From Candidatus Sulfomarinibacteraceae bacterium (GTDB taxonomy: Bacteria > Acidobacteriota > Thermoanaerobaculia > Thermoanaerobaculales > Sulfomarinibacteraceae), in the NCBI GenBank assembly GCA_963796455.1, contig CAWCLO010000004.1:64001-128000 (forward strand): a DNA stretch of 64,000 nucleotides. The letters run 5' to 3'. The notes beneath the pieces are model-generated. The model did no database searches. It was not told the DNA's origin and saw nothing but the letters and a program-made list of their open reading frames with translations. Positions 1-9,581 of this stretch are shown here, one piece after another; position 1 is the first letter of the stretch; each line of letters starts with the position of its first letter. Made by a program: the position numbers and the translations under genes.

Positions 1-1
1 C

Positions 2-1024
2 GAAAAGAATTTTCTTTTCCTTCATCTCTTCGATCCTCATGCTCCCTATGAGGCTCCGGAATCATTTGCAACGAAGATACGAACTCTATATAAGAAGTAT
101 CCGCGATATATCCAAGATTATGTTGCGGAAGTTGCCTTTACGGATCATTGCATAGGTCTTCTTATCGATGCATTGAAAGAACTGGAACTTTACGAAGAAT
201 CCCTCATCTGCATCACTGCAGATCACGGCGAAAGTCACGGAGAACACGGCGAGAATACACACGGTTTCTACATCTATACATCAACGATGAGAGTTCCTTT
301 GATATTCAAAATTCCCGGGAGCGTCGATCCGATCAGAGTGACAGATACGGTTGGAATTGTTGATGTTTTCCCAACGATTATTTCACTTTCTGGCCTCAAA
401 AAAGTATCTGAAATACAGGGCGTTGATTTGGCAAAGGTTATCCGGGATAAAACGACCAGAATTCCGCAAAGAACGTTGTTCACTATGAGTATCGAACCGA
501 TGAAATATGGTGGGCAGGGTCTCTTTGGGATCATCGCCGGAGGTTATCAATATATCGAGACCGCTCAACCAGAACTCTACGCATTATCAAGCGATGTTTA
601 TGAAAAGAATAATCTCATTGATAGTGAGAGATCCCTTGCAAAGAAATTGCGGGCCGGACTCCAGTCAATTCTTGCCGAATTCCCGGTGGAAACGGATGAT
701 GGATATCGTTCGGTTGATACTGCCACGCGGCAGCGTCTCGAAGCTCTGGGCTATGTCACGACACGAACCGAAGAGGCTCCATCGACCATCGACGCCAAGG
801 ACCTGATTGAGTACCACAAAAAGAACTTGATCGCCCTGACCTACGTAGCACCGGAGAATCGCGATGCAGCACTGGCTGCCTGCGAGGACATGATCCGGAT
901 GCGCCCCGATTTTCATCTCGGCTACCAGATGATGGGCACTGTGCTGATGGCGTCGGGGAGGCAAGGGGATGCTGCGCCGTTTTTTGAAAAGGCTGAAGCG
1001 CTCGGAGCTGGGGATCCAAATTGA
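2..1024 (+). CDS. Sulfatase-like hydrolase with C-terminal TPR (5' truncated by window edge)
   Basis: Frame open from base 2 (FLFLHLFDPHAPY); ADHGESHGEHGE, RVPLI, LEALGY motifs; TPR-like C-terminus. Confidence 0.85.
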   Translation, partial: EKNFLFLHLFDPHAPYEAPESFATKIRTLYKKYPRYIQDYVAEVAFTDHCIGLLIDALKELELYEESLICITADHGESHGEHGENTHGFYIYTSTMRVPLIFKIPGSVDPIRVTDTVGIVDVFPTIISLSGLKKVSEIQGVDLAKVIRDKTTRIPQRTLFTMSIEPMKYGGQGLFGIIAGGYQYIETAQPELYALSSDVYEKNNLIDSERSLAKKLRAGLQSILAEFPVETDDGYRSVDTATRQRLEALGYVTTRTEEAPSTIDAKDLIEYHKKNLIALTYVAPENRDAALAACEDMIRMRPDFHLGYQMMGTVLMASGRQGDAAPFFEKAEALGAGDPN

Positions 1025-1090
1025 ACCAACGGAGGTATCAGGCTCGCGAAGTAGGAGTGAATCTTCCCTTTTCGAGGTGGTCGGCAGGAG

Positions 1091-2602
1091 TCAGGAATAC
1101 TGGGTCGGCCCAACCTGAATGATGCCCTGCAGCATCCGATTCCTGGGGTCCCGGGTTTCCCCAACCGATGACACCCGAATGGCCGCCTGCTCTCCGACCG
1201 GGCAGCGGTTTTCGCACAGACCGCAACCGGTGCAGAGCTCGGGTTGAATCTGCGGGCGTTGCAGAAAGACCCTCTCGCCGTCGCGGTTGGTGATGTTCAC
1301 ATCCTCGAAGAAGATAGCCTTCGGCGAGGTCGGGCACATCTCCTCGCAGACGATGCAGGGAGTCTCCATGGCCCAGGGGAGGCAGCGGCCGCGGTCGAAG
1401 AAGGCGGTGCCGATGCTGACTTCCGCAGGACCGCCGATGGCCTGTTTGGCTTCGGGATCGAGGACGGTCAGGGCCTCGGTTGGGCAGACCTCGCCACACC
1501 GGATGCACGATGGTTCGCACCAGCCGCGGCGCATATTCAGAACGGGAGTGAAGAGGCCCTCGACACCGGTCTTACCGAAGTCCGAAAGAATGACCCCGGT
1601 GGGACAGGAGGCCGAGCAGGCGCCGCAGGTGATGCAGCGCGCCAGAAAGGCCTCTTCATCAAGAGCTCCCGGCGGGCGGATGGCGTCGTGGCTGCGGGCG
1701 TCGAGGCCGCTGCCCCCGGCTCTGAGAACCGGTGCAAAGACGGCCGATCCGGTGACGCCCAGGAGGAATCTGCGGCGGCCGACATCGAGCGACGGCATGG
1801 GTTGGGTGCTTTCGGGGGTCGGAAGACCGAAGTGCAGGCTCTCTTCAGCGCAGGTCCCAAGGCAATTGAGGCAGACGTGGCATTCGCTGACCCGATGTTT
1901 CTCGAGTGGTTCGTCGGCGCCCTGACAGGCGAAAACACACAGGGTGCAGCTCGTGCAGGACCCGGTCTGATCACGGCGAATTCGCAGCGGTGCGAGACGG
2001 GCGAAGAGACCCATGAGTGCACCGAGCGGACAGACGCCGCGGCAGAAGAAGCGTGGCATCCACGCCGAGAGCAGCAGGATGGCGGCCAGAATGCCGAACG
2101 AGATCCAACCTCCGGGGGTCGCACCGCCGTGCCACATGGGCCGGATACCGGCGGCGAATGCACGGTGGAGCAGGGGAATGGGGTCGAGCCACCCGATGTG
2201 GTTGGTTCCGAGGGCCGCCCAAACCAGGAGAACCGTGAGGATGATGTACTTGATGGAGAACCACTTGCGATAGCGGTTGATCTTGTACCGTTTGCGTTTT
2301 TCGGGGCCCGCGATCCACGAGACCAGCTGCTGAAGGGTGCCGAGGGGGCAGATCCACCCGCAGAAGAAGCGGCCGAGAACCGCGGTGAAGGCGAGAACGG
2401 CGAGGCCGAGCCACGTCCAACCGACGATCGTCCAATCGGACAAAGCGGTCCCCACGGCGGTCAGGGGGTCGAGGGCGAGCAGGATCGAGGCCAGCGACGC
2501 AGGAACCCGCGGTTCCGCGAGACCCCAAAAGAGCGCGATGAAGGCAAAAAGAAACAGTGCCTGTACGAGGATCCGGTAGTGGCGGGCGCGAGGGAGTTTC
2601 AT
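1091..2602 (-). CDS. Membrane polyferredoxin (NapH/MauN-like membrane part fused to NapG/MauM-like 4Fe-4S part)
   Basis: GRFFCGWICPLG and RFFCRGVCPLG motifs, several CxxCxxCxxxCP clusters, IRPPGA, internal GRRRFL. Confidence 0.85.
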   Translation of the reverse strand: MKLPRARHYRILVQALFLFAFIALFWGLAEPRVPASLASILLALDPLTAVGTALSDWTIVGWTWLGLAVLAFTAVLGRFFCGWICPLGTLQQLVSWIAGPEKRKRYKINRYRKWFSIKYIILTVLLVWAALGTNHIGWLDPIPLLHRAFAAGIRPMWHGGATPGGWISFGILAAILLLSAWMPRFFCRGVCPLGALMGLFARLAPLRIRRDQTGSCTSCTLCVFACQGADEPLEKHRVSECHVCLNCLGTCAEESLHFGLPTPESTQPMPSLDVGRRRFLLGVTGSAVFAPVLRAGGSGLDARSHDAIRPPGALDEEAFLARCITCGACSASCPTGVILSDFGKTGVEGLFTPVLNMRRGWCEPSCIRCGEVCPTEALTVLDPEAKQAIGGPAEVSIGTAFFDRGRCLPWAMETPCIVCEEMCPTSPKAIFFEDVNITNRDGERVFLQRPQIQPELCTGCGLCENRCPVGEQAAIRVSSVGETRDPRNRMLQGIIQVGPTQYS

Positions 2603-2632
2603 GGAGTCGATTCCTTCGGAAACGACTCGAGC

Positions 2633-2743
2633 TCGGAATTCGGAATTCGGAATTCGGAATCCCCGTCCGGTCCCCCTATCGAGTTTTCAGCACGATTGAT
2701 GAATTGGCGAAACTTCGAAATCCGAAATCCGAAATCCGAAATC
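2633..2743. repeat. Inverted heptamer tracts (TCGGAAT)4 ... (CGAAATC)4
   Basis: 2633-2660 and 2716-2743 are near reverse complements around a 55-bp spacer. Confidence 0.9.
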
Positions 2744-2747
2744 ATCT

Positions 2748-3743
2748 TCAGGACTCCACCAGGACTGACTTCCAGTCCTCGGTTCCGAGCCCGAGCCGTG
2801 CCGCGATGGCGATATGGGGCAGTTCTTCGGGGCCGAGGTCCAGAAGGCTCGCACCCCACGCGTCCGCGGCCACCGGGTCGGTTGCCACCGCCACACAATC
2901 GGTGGCCTTGACCAGCGCCAGCGATCCTCCGGTCGGCCCCCCACCGGTGAGGATCCGGGTCGCGTCGATGACCGTCAGTGTCGGTCGAAAGGCGGCTCCG
3001 AGTTCAGCGCAGACCTGGGCGATTCGCTGGTGGAGATTGGGCCGTCGGCCGACCACCGCCCCAAACCAGTTTTTCATCCCGAGGGTGCCGCGTGAAAGAG
3101 AGTGGTGTTTGACCACCGGTACGTTGATGACACGGTCGGCCTCGACGATCGGTCGCAGGACCTCCCACGGACCGAGAGTGGTTCCGCCCAGATTGAGTGT
3201 CACGGTGCTTGTGTTGTTCTGGTGGGCGCAGCTTGCACCCGCTTCACCAGCCGCGGCTTCGATGCCGGAGCGGGTGAAAGCGCGGCCGGGATCGTGGCAG
3301 GAATTGTCAATCACTACCACCGAGGCGGCGCCCGCAGCCAGACACTGGCGGGCCAGTTCGGCGATGACTTCCGGATCCGTGTTGGCAGCCTGTGCCGGTC
3401 GCCGGTCCCACGCACAATTGGGTTTGAGGACCACCTTTTCGCCCGGTTTGACGAATTGCTTCATCCCACCCATGGCGCCGAGCGCCGCTTGGATATTGGC
3501 AGTCGGACCGTTTCCGCAAGCCGTCGCGATCCGACCGGGGCCGGCCGGATCGGTGCGCCAATCCTTTGGCGAAGGGAGCGCCGCGACTTCGGGCGGTCGA
3601 TGGCGGCCGCCTCGGCCCGAGAATCCAAAACCGAGGGCGGCGAGTGCGAGACCGGCCGCGGTCGGGGGAACCCACTGGCGGAGAAGCTCACGTCGCCCGA
3701 GTTGCTGGTAGTCATTGACGATCGGAAGATTTTTGTCAGTCAT
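2748..3743 (-). CDS. DUF362 domain protein, possible Tat substrate
   Basis: VVLKPN, INVPVVKHH, TLGMKNWFG, DPVAAD motifs; N-terminal GRRELL plus hydrophobic stretch. Confidence 0.85.
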   Translation of the reverse strand: MTDKNLPIVNDYQQLGRRELLRQWVPPTAAGLALAALGFGFSGRGGRHRPPEVAALPSPKDWRTDPAGPGRIATACGNGPTANIQAALGAMGGMKQFVKPGEKVVLKPNCAWDRRPAQAANTDPEVIAELARQCLAAGAASVVVIDNSCHDPGRAFTRSGIEAAAGEAGASCAHQNNTSTVTLNLGGTTLGPWEVLRPIVEADRVINVPVVKHHSLSRGTLGMKNWFGAVVGRRPNLHQRIAQVCAELGAAFRPTLTVIDATRILTGGGPTGGSLALVKATDCVAVATDPVAADAWGASLLDLGPEELPHIAIAARLGLGTEDWKSVLVES

Positions 3744-4046
3744 AGCGCCCTCGCGGCCTCAAGTGTAACGCGGCTTCCTCAGTTGCCGGATCACTGTTGT
3801 CCGAAACAAATCGTCATTTGCGGTTGCCCACCTGCCAATACGTGGTTTATAGGTTGGTTTTTGGCATATCCAGTTCGCGGTTACCCAGCGTCCGAGTTCG
3901 AGTCCGAGTCCGTGTTCGCGTCCGTGCCCGGATTGCAGCGGCAGCGACAGTGTCCAGCGTCAGCGTCAGCGACAGGACAGCGTCAGGAACCAGCGATCAG
4001 TGTACAGGGACAGGGGACAGCGGCAGCGGTCAGGTGCAGCGACGGC

Positions 4047-4187
4047 GTGGTCACCGCCGGGTCGTTCAACAGTAAGGGGTAGCCGGTGGGCGGCCGATGT
4101 CAAGGACAGGCAGGGTGCAGGGCATCCTTGACATCGGCCGCCACACCGGCTTGTGGATATGGGCATGAACGACCCGGAGGTGACCAT
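4047..4187 (+). promoter_or_regulatory. Nested double-hairpin leader that sequesters SD and ATG of four-helix gene
   Basis: 4047-4068 pairs with 4166-4187 (contains GGAGGTG and AT of ATG); 4081-4106 pairs with 4125-4151. Confidence 0.7.
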
Positions 4188-4539
4188 GTCCAACGCCGCC
4201 ACGAACACCAACCTCGTTGCCCACTCAAAAGCCCTCGAAGCAGCAGGAATCGCGATCAAGCTGGTGATGAGGGTTCCGGCTCCGCTGAAGTCGATAGCCG
4301 ATCAGGTGATCCGGTCGGCAAGTTCAGTCCCTGCAAACCTGGCAGAAGGTCACGGCCGAGTCGGTAGAGACCGGTCGAACCACTGGAGAATCGCTTACGC
4401 CTCGGCGAAAGAGGTCGACAGCCACTTGGAACTCCTCGCCCACGCCGGGGCGATCAGCCCGAACGGAGCCAGTGAAGCGATGAACGCCTTCGATCAGGTC
4501 CGTGCCATGACTTGGCGACTGTTGAACCCGACGAAGTGA
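4186..4539 (+). CDS. Four helix bundle protein (TIGR02436 / 23S rRNA-IVP / bAvd-like superfamily)
   Basis: DQVIRSASSVPANLAEG and IAYASAKEV motifs; GGAGGTG SD before ATG 4186. Confidence 0.9.
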   Translation: MSNAATNTNLVAHSKALEAAGIAIKLVMRVPAPLKSIADQVIRSASSVPANLAEGHGRVGRDRSNHWRIAYASAKEVDSHLELLAHAGAISPNGASEAMNAFDQVRAMTWRLLNPTK

Positions 4540-4837
4540 GAGCTTTTCACTGGCGCTCTCGCTGCCCCGGCCCCGGCCGCTGTTCGCTGCCGCTGATGAC
4601 TGAACACTGCCCCTGACTACTGTTCCCCGTCGCTGCCCCTGTACGCTGTCCGAGACGCTGTTTTGGAAAAGAGTGCCTCCGGATACCGATTCCAGGGTTT
4701 CGACCCCGCCCGGGGAATTGAGCCGCTCACGTGAACGTAGTTCCAGAGGTCTGACACCTGAAGTCCAGAAAACGGCACCTGGCTCGTTGTAGAATGTCGG
4801 GCATCAAAAACTGCCGAAGAGAACTGGAGCGGCACAC

Positions 4838-5428
4838 ATGGCAAAGATACTCATCGGATGCGGGTTGGCATTTGTTCTCCTGTTGGGGATCGTCGCCTTC
4901 ATGGTCACTGGAATCTATAACAATCTCGTCGGTCTGGAAGAGGGCGTCGATGCGGCCTGGGGCCAGGTCGAAAACGTCTATCAGCGGCGGGCCGATCTGA
5001 TCCCGAATCTGGTCGCCACGGTCAAGGGAGCCGCCGAGTTCGAGCAGGAAACACTGCAGAACGTGATCGAGGCGAGGGCCAAGGTCGGGCAGATGAATAT
5101 CGAAGGTGCGCCGACGCCAGGCCAGATGCAGGCGTTTCAGGCCAACCAGGATGCGTTGTCGTCGGCTCTTTCGCGTCTGTTGGTGGTTGTCGAGCGCTAC
5201 CCGGATCTGAAGGCTGTGCAGGCGTTCCGGGATCTCCAGGTGCAGCTCGAAGGGACCGAGAACCGGATCGCGGTCGAGCGCAACCGCTACAACGAGGCCG
5301 CGCGGCTCTACAACACGGCGCGGCGGAGTTTTCCGGCGGCCCTCTTTGCGAATCTCTTCGGATTCGGGGACAAGGGTTATTTCGAGTCGAAGCCGGGAGC
5401 CGACGAACCGCCACAGGTTGAATTCTGA
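4838..5428 (+). CDS. lemA: LemA family protein
   Basis: YQRRADLIPNLV, ERYPDLKA, LEGTENRIAVER. Confidence 0.95.
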   Translation: MAKILIGCGLAFVLLLGIVAFMVTGIYNNLVGLEEGVDAAWGQVENVYQRRADLIPNLVATVKGAAEFEQETLQNVIEARAKVGQMNIEGAPTPGQMQAFQANQDALSSALSRLLVVVERYPDLKAVQAFRDLQVQLEGTENRIAVERNRYNEAARLYNTARRSFPAALFANLFGFGDKGYFESKPGADEPPQVEF

Positions 5429-5455
5429 TTACTCGCGGTTGGTTGAGCTGAAAAG

Positions 5456-6109
5456 ATGAGCTTTCGTTCGCTCTTTAAGCCCTCGGATCTTGAGTCGATC
5501 CAGGAGGCCACCGCCCATGCGGAGTCCCTGACCGGCGGCGAGATCGTCCCCTATATCGTCGAGAGGGTCGTCGATCACGATGAAGGGCGCTGGCGCGGAG
5601 CCACCATCGGCGCCTTGACCGCCGCGGTGGCGGCCGGTCTGGCGCACGCTTTCGGAGACCACTGGGGTGGGTCTGGAGTCTGGTGGATCACGTTGCCGAC
5701 TCTGGTTGGCGCCGGTTTCGGCTTTCTGTTGGCCGGATTGGCCCCGATTGCCAGGTTTTTGATTCCCGAGGATCACCTCGATCGGGTGGTCGGGTTGCGG
5801 GCGGAGGCGGCCTTCCTGGAAGAGGAGGTCTTCGCCACCCGGGATCGAACGGGCATTCTGGTGTTTTTGGCGATCTTCGAACATCGTGCGGTCATCCTGG
5901 CCGACGAGGGAATCCACCGGGCGGTGCCAAAGGACGAGTGGCAGCATCTGATCGACAATCTGGTCTTGGGAATCAAGGCCGGAAGGGCACCGGGTGCTTT
6001 GGCAGAGGTCATCTCTCGCTGTGGCGATCTGTTGGCGACCTACGAGGTCGTTCGCAGGCCTGAGGACGAGGATGAACTCGAAGATGCGCCGCGGATTCGG
6101 GAGCGCTGA
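5456..6109 (+). CDS. TPM domain membrane protein
   Basis: AESLTGGEIV, TRDRTGILVF, ILADEGI; follows lemA. Confidence 0.85.
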   Translation: MSFRSLFKPSDLESIQEATAHAESLTGGEIVPYIVERVVDHDEGRWRGATIGALTAAVAAGLAHAFGDHWGGSGVWWITLPTLVGAGFGFLLAGLAPIARFLIPEDHLDRVVGLRAEAAFLEEEVFATRDRTGILVFLAIFEHRAVILADEGIHRAVPKDEWQHLIDNLVLGIKAGRAPGALAEVISRCGDLLATYEVVRRPEDEDELEDAPRIRER

Positions 6110-6110
6110 A

Positions 6111-7004
6111 ATGGCGAAGATCCGGCTCCATCGCGCCCGAGGTTTGCTCCTTGTGGCCCTGTGCCTGGTGGCGGGCACCTTGGCGGCGCTCGAGGTTCCG
6201 TATCTCGCCGGACGGGTCAACGATCAGGCGATGTTGCTCGGCGATGCCTATGAAGCTGAACTCGAGGAAAGACTGCGGCAACTCGAGGAGGAGACCGGCG
6301 CCCAGGTCGTGGTGCTGACCGTCCCGAGTCTCGATGGCGATCCGATCGAGGACTTCGCCATCCGGGTCGTGGAGGCCTGGAAACTGGGGCGGTCGGGAAT
6401 CGACGATGGTGTGCTGATCCTGATCTCACGGGATGACCGTCGGATGCGGATCGAGGTCGGGTATGGGCTCGAGGGAGCCCTCACGGATGCCCAGAGCGGC
6501 AGAATCATCGATGGTCTGATGGCGCCGCGGTTTCGCTCGGGAGATTTTGACGGCGGTGTCGATGCCGCGGTCGGAGCAGTTTCCGCCGCAGTTCGGGGTG
6601 AGGAACTCGAACTCCCCCGAGAGACGGAGAGCGACCGTGGCGGCGACCCTTCTTCCGTCATTTTCTTTTTCATTTTCGGCATGCCGTTTATCATGGCCGC
6701 GCTGTCATCGAAAGGCCCCGCCGGGTGGATCCTCGGGCTTTCTCTGACCCCGTTTTTCTTTGCGGCTCCGGCGATTCTCCTTGGCGTGAAAGCGGGCGTG
6801 GTGGCTGCGATTCTGTGGTTGGTGGCCTTCCCGATTCTGCGCCTCATCCTGCCCAAACAGATGGTCGGGCGGGGCTCGGGATCCCGCGGCGGGACCTTTT
6901 GGGGTCCGATGGGCGGCGGTGGCGGCGGTGGTGGTTTTTCGGGTGGCGGCTTCTCCGGCGGCGGCGGAAGTTTTGGCGGCGGCGGGGCGAGCGGAGGGTG
7001 GTAA
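6111..7004 (+). CDS. TPM domain (YgcG-like) protein with Gly-rich tail
   Basis: RIEVGYGLEGALTD, C-terminal GGGSFGGGGASGGW; ATG 6111 follows upstream stop. Confidence 0.9.
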   Translation: MAKIRLHRARGLLLVALCLVAGTLAALEVPYLAGRVNDQAMLLGDAYEAELEERLRQLEEETGAQVVVLTVPSLDGDPIEDFAIRVVEAWKLGRSGIDDGVLILISRDDRRMRIEVGYGLEGALTDAQSGRIIDGLMAPRFRSGDFDGGVDAAVGAVSAAVRGEELELPRETESDRGGDPSSVIFFFIFGMPFIMAALSSKGPAGWILGLSLTPFFFAAPAILLGVKAGVVAAILWLVAFPILRLILPKQMVGRGSGSRGGTFWGPMGGGGGGGGFSGGGFSGGGGSFGGGGASGGW

Positions 7005-7196
7005 CTGACGGCGGTTCCGGTGGCTGGTCCCTACTGCGTATCCAACGATTGGCATCACCGGATATGACCGTCGTTGATCTTCGCCCATTTGATATCTGGT
7101 CAATCAGCCGCAGCATGTGACTTTTCCAAAGACCAACTGTCCGAGTTTGTGAATGATGAAATATCCAACAACCGACAAACACACAAGGAGGTAGCG

Positions 7197-7691
7197 ATGG
7201 GACTGATTGATTTTATTAAGGGTGCAGGCGAAAAGATTTTCAACAGGCAAGACGATGGGGCCGAGGCGGCGGCACAGGCTGCGGCGGTAGCCGCGGCAGA
7301 AGTGGCGGCAGAGGAGAAGAAAGAAGTGACCCTCGGAAAGTACGTCGGGAGACTCGGTCTTGAGATCGAAAACCTGGGAATCGAGGTCGACGACGATCTG
7401 GTGACGGTGACGGGCTCTGCTCCGAGCCAGGAGATTCGCGAAAAAATCGTCCTCGCCCTGGGCAACACCGCGGGCACCGCGCGGGTCGATGATCGCATCG
7501 TGGTGGAGGCTACGGAGCCGGAGGCTCGGTTCTATACCGTGGTGGGTGGCGACACCCTGGGCAAGATCGCCAAAGAGTTCTACGGCAATGCCATGAAGTA
7601 TCCGGTGATCTTCGAAGCCAACAAGCCCATGCTCAGCGATCCGGACAAGATCTACCCCGGTCAGGTGCTGCGGATTCCGACCCAGGACTGA
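7197..7691 (+). CDS. kbp: BON + LysM protein (Kbp/YgaU family)
   Basis: MGLIDFIKGAGEK start with AAGGAGG SD; YPVIFEANKPMLSDPDKIYPGQVLRIP. Confidence 0.9.
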   Translation: MGLIDFIKGAGEKIFNRQDDGAEAAAQAAAVAAAEVAAEEKKEVTLGKYVGRLGLEIENLGIEVDDDLVTVTGSAPSQEIREKIVLALGNTAGTARVDDRIVVEATEPEARFYTVVGGDTLGKIAKEFYGNAMKYPVIFEANKPMLSDPDKIYPGQVLRIPTQD

Positions 7692-7837
7692 CCCTGTGGG
7701 ATATGCGGATTCGCCCTCCGTCGTCGTGCTACGATGACCGGGCACTATCCGTACAGACCAAGGAGAGCCCCGTTGCCGAGTCAGCGGGCACAAGCCAAAG
7801 AGTCGGTTGACGACTCACAACCAAAAAGGAGATCGAT

Positions 7838-8041
7838 ATGTCAGTCGCAAAAGTCACGGAACTCAGTTGTTCTTCGCCGACCAGCTTCGAGGATGCGATT
7901 CAAAAAGGCATCGAGCGTGCCGACAAAACCCTCGACAAGGTCAAGGGCGCCTGGGTGAGCGAGATGAAGGTCGAAGTGGACGACGGAAAAGTCAGCGCCT
8001 ACAGGGTGAACCTCAAGGTCACCTTCGTACTGAAGGGTTGA
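7838..8041 (+). CDS. Dodecin family protein
   Basis: SVAKVTEL..SPTSFEDAI..YRVNLKVTF. Confidence 0.9.
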   Translation: MSVAKVTELSCSSPTSFEDAIQKGIERADKTLDKVKGAWVSEMKVEVDDGKVSAYRVNLKVTFVLKG

Positions 8042-8045
8042 ACCA

Positions 8046-8660
8046 ATGGCAGATACTTCCGATCTTCTCGGATCGTTGATGGGACAGCTCGGCGGCGGCG
8101 GGGTCGATCAGATCGCCCGTGCGGTGGGTGTCAGCGGCGGTGACGTCACCAACGTCCTTGCCGGTGCCCTGCCCGCGATGATGGCCGGACTGACCCGCAA
8201 TGCGACGTCGGGCAACGGTGCCAGTGCCCTTCTGGGTGCTCTCGATCGCGACCACGACGGCAGCGTTCTCGATGATGTCATGGGCTACCTCGGCGGTGGC
8301 GGCAATCTCGCCGCAGGAGCCGGGATCCTCGGCCACGTCTTTGGTGGAAGCCAGGGGAATGTGGAAAAGGCGGTCAGCCGCTCGAGTGGTGTTGATATGG
8401 GCACGGTCACCAAGATCATGGCCATGGTGGCCCCGCTGATCATGGGTTCACTCGGCAAGGCCAAGCGCCAACAGGGCTTCGACGCGTCGGGCCTGGCGGC
8501 GGCACTCGGTCAGCAGGAGCAAGTAGCCCGAAAGGCCTCGCCCTCAGCGGTCGACATGTTCTCGAAGATGCTCGACAGCGACGGCGACGGCGAGTCGATG
8601 GACGACATCGTCAAGATGGGCACCGGTCTGCTCGGCAGCCTGTTCGGCGGCAAACGATAA
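8046..8660 (+). CDS. DUF937 domain protein
   Basis: ALDRDHDGSVLDD, GILGHVFG, MLDSDGDG. Confidence 0.85.
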   Translation: MADTSDLLGSLMGQLGGGGVDQIARAVGVSGGDVTNVLAGALPAMMAGLTRNATSGNGASALLGALDRDHDGSVLDDVMGYLGGGGNLAAGAGILGHVFGGSQGNVEKAVSRSSGVDMGTVTKIMAMVAPLIMGSLGKAKRQQGFDASGLAAALGQQEQVARKASPSAVDMFSKMLDSDGDGESMDDIVKMGTGLLGSLFGGKR

Positions 8661-8674
8661 ACCAAATGCCTGAC

Positions 8675-9208
8675 TCACCCTGATGGGGGTGCGTCGGCGA
8701 ATGGATCGGCCGTGTCGGTCTGAGTCGGTATCGTACCGGTGAGATCGACGCGGCCCATTTTTTCGATCTTGATCTTTTTGGTGCCAAAGGCTCCCTGCGT
8801 GAAGAGCGAGCCGCGAAGGCCGTAGCTCACTTCTTTCGCTTCGAAGATATCTTTCAGTCGCAAAAGGGCCGAAGCATTGTTGACGTGAAACATCGTGTCG
8901 ACAACGTAGGAATCGAGACGCTCCACCGTGAAGATCTCGGAGGTGGTTCCCGTGCCGACCTTTTTGTCCTCGAGATAGAGCTTGAATGAGGCGCCATCGA
9001 TGGAAAAGGGTTCGGGGTTCGGATTGGTGATTCTGAGCTTGGCGACCAAGGTGGTCTCGAAGACCGTGATCTCTTTGACTTCGAGATTGGCGAGGGTCAC
9101 CTCGAGAGGTTCCATTGAAGACATGGAAGAGCAACCCAGGGCGGCGGCGATCACCAGCAGTAGGGAACTGATTCGGAGAGCCGGCAATGCGGATTTCTTT
9201 CGGTACAT
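8675..9208 (-). CDS. LEA type 2 / WHy domain lipoprotein
   Basis: Lipobox ALGC; LRITNPN motif. Confidence 0.8.
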   Translation of the reverse strand: MYRKKSALPALRISSLLLVIAAALGCSSMSSMEPLEVTLANLEVKEITVFETTLVAKLRITNPNPEPFSIDGASFKLYLEDKKVGTGTTSEIFTVERLDSYVVDTMFHVNNASALLRLKDIFEAKEVSYGLRGSLFTQGAFGTKKIKIEKMGRVDLTGTIPTQTDTADPFADAPPSG

Positions 9209-9377
9209 ATGACCTCCTGGGAAGGCAGCGGGTACAAAATGATCATGGCTCCGAAGCCAGTTCCTTGTTCCGGTGGTCCCCGTGTTGTTGGGCGGATTAT
9301 AGAGCAGATCGGGCTCACAGCGGCGATAAAATGAATCTGCTACGATCGATTACAGGAATTCAAATGAGGAGGAGTTG

Positions 9378-9560
9378 ATGGCGGCCAAATTCGAGGTGTT
9401 CAAAGGCAAGAGTGGCGATTTCCGGTTTCGGCTCAAAGCGGCCAACGGCAAGGTCATCTGCAACGGTCAGGGATACAAGTCGAAGGACGCCTGCATGAAG
9501 GGGATCGACTCGATCAAGAAGAACGCCAAGGGCGCGACGGTCGTCCAGACCGATAGCTGA
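9378..9560 (+). CDS. YegP / DUF1508 family protein (single domain)
   Basis: FRFRLKAANGKVI..GQGYKSK..GIDSIKKNA; GAGGAG SD. Confidence 0.9.
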   Translation: MAAKFEVFKGKSGDFRFRLKAANGKVICNGQGYKSKDACMKGIDSIKKNAKGATVVQTDS

Positions 9561-9581
9561 CCCGTCCCTCATAAACGACTG

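Larger units (their letters stand above)
3788..4680 (+). mobile_element. TIR-bounded modular element, copy A (four-helix-bundle gene core)
   Basis: Left end GGATCACTGTTGTCCGAAACA, right end TGTTTTGGAAAAGAGTGCCTCC; CAG-rich left and CTG-rich right arms; homologous to 7 other loci in window; mobility inferred. Confidence 0.7.

Noticed and set aside
1..720. Lower-GC stretch as a genomic island edge
   Set aside because: It lies within one truncated gene; there is no boundary or mobility marker and the upstream context is missing
1244..2911. Long antisense ORFs (also 11339-12655, 19046-20482, 20098-21792, 27889-29277, 57268-58455)
   Set aside because: Shadows of well-supported GC-rich genes on the other strand
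4098..4160. Sigma70 promoters from the TTGACA hexamers in the inner stem
   Set aside because: No convincing -10 at 16-18 bp on either strand
4153..4185. Upstream starts (MDMGMNDPEV) for the four-helix gene
   Set aside because: The GGAGGTG SD points to ATG 4186; NDPEV is a translation of the stem and recurs in gene-less copies
4838..7004. LemA-TPM-TPM as a novel system
   Set aside because: Common, well-known gene arrangement
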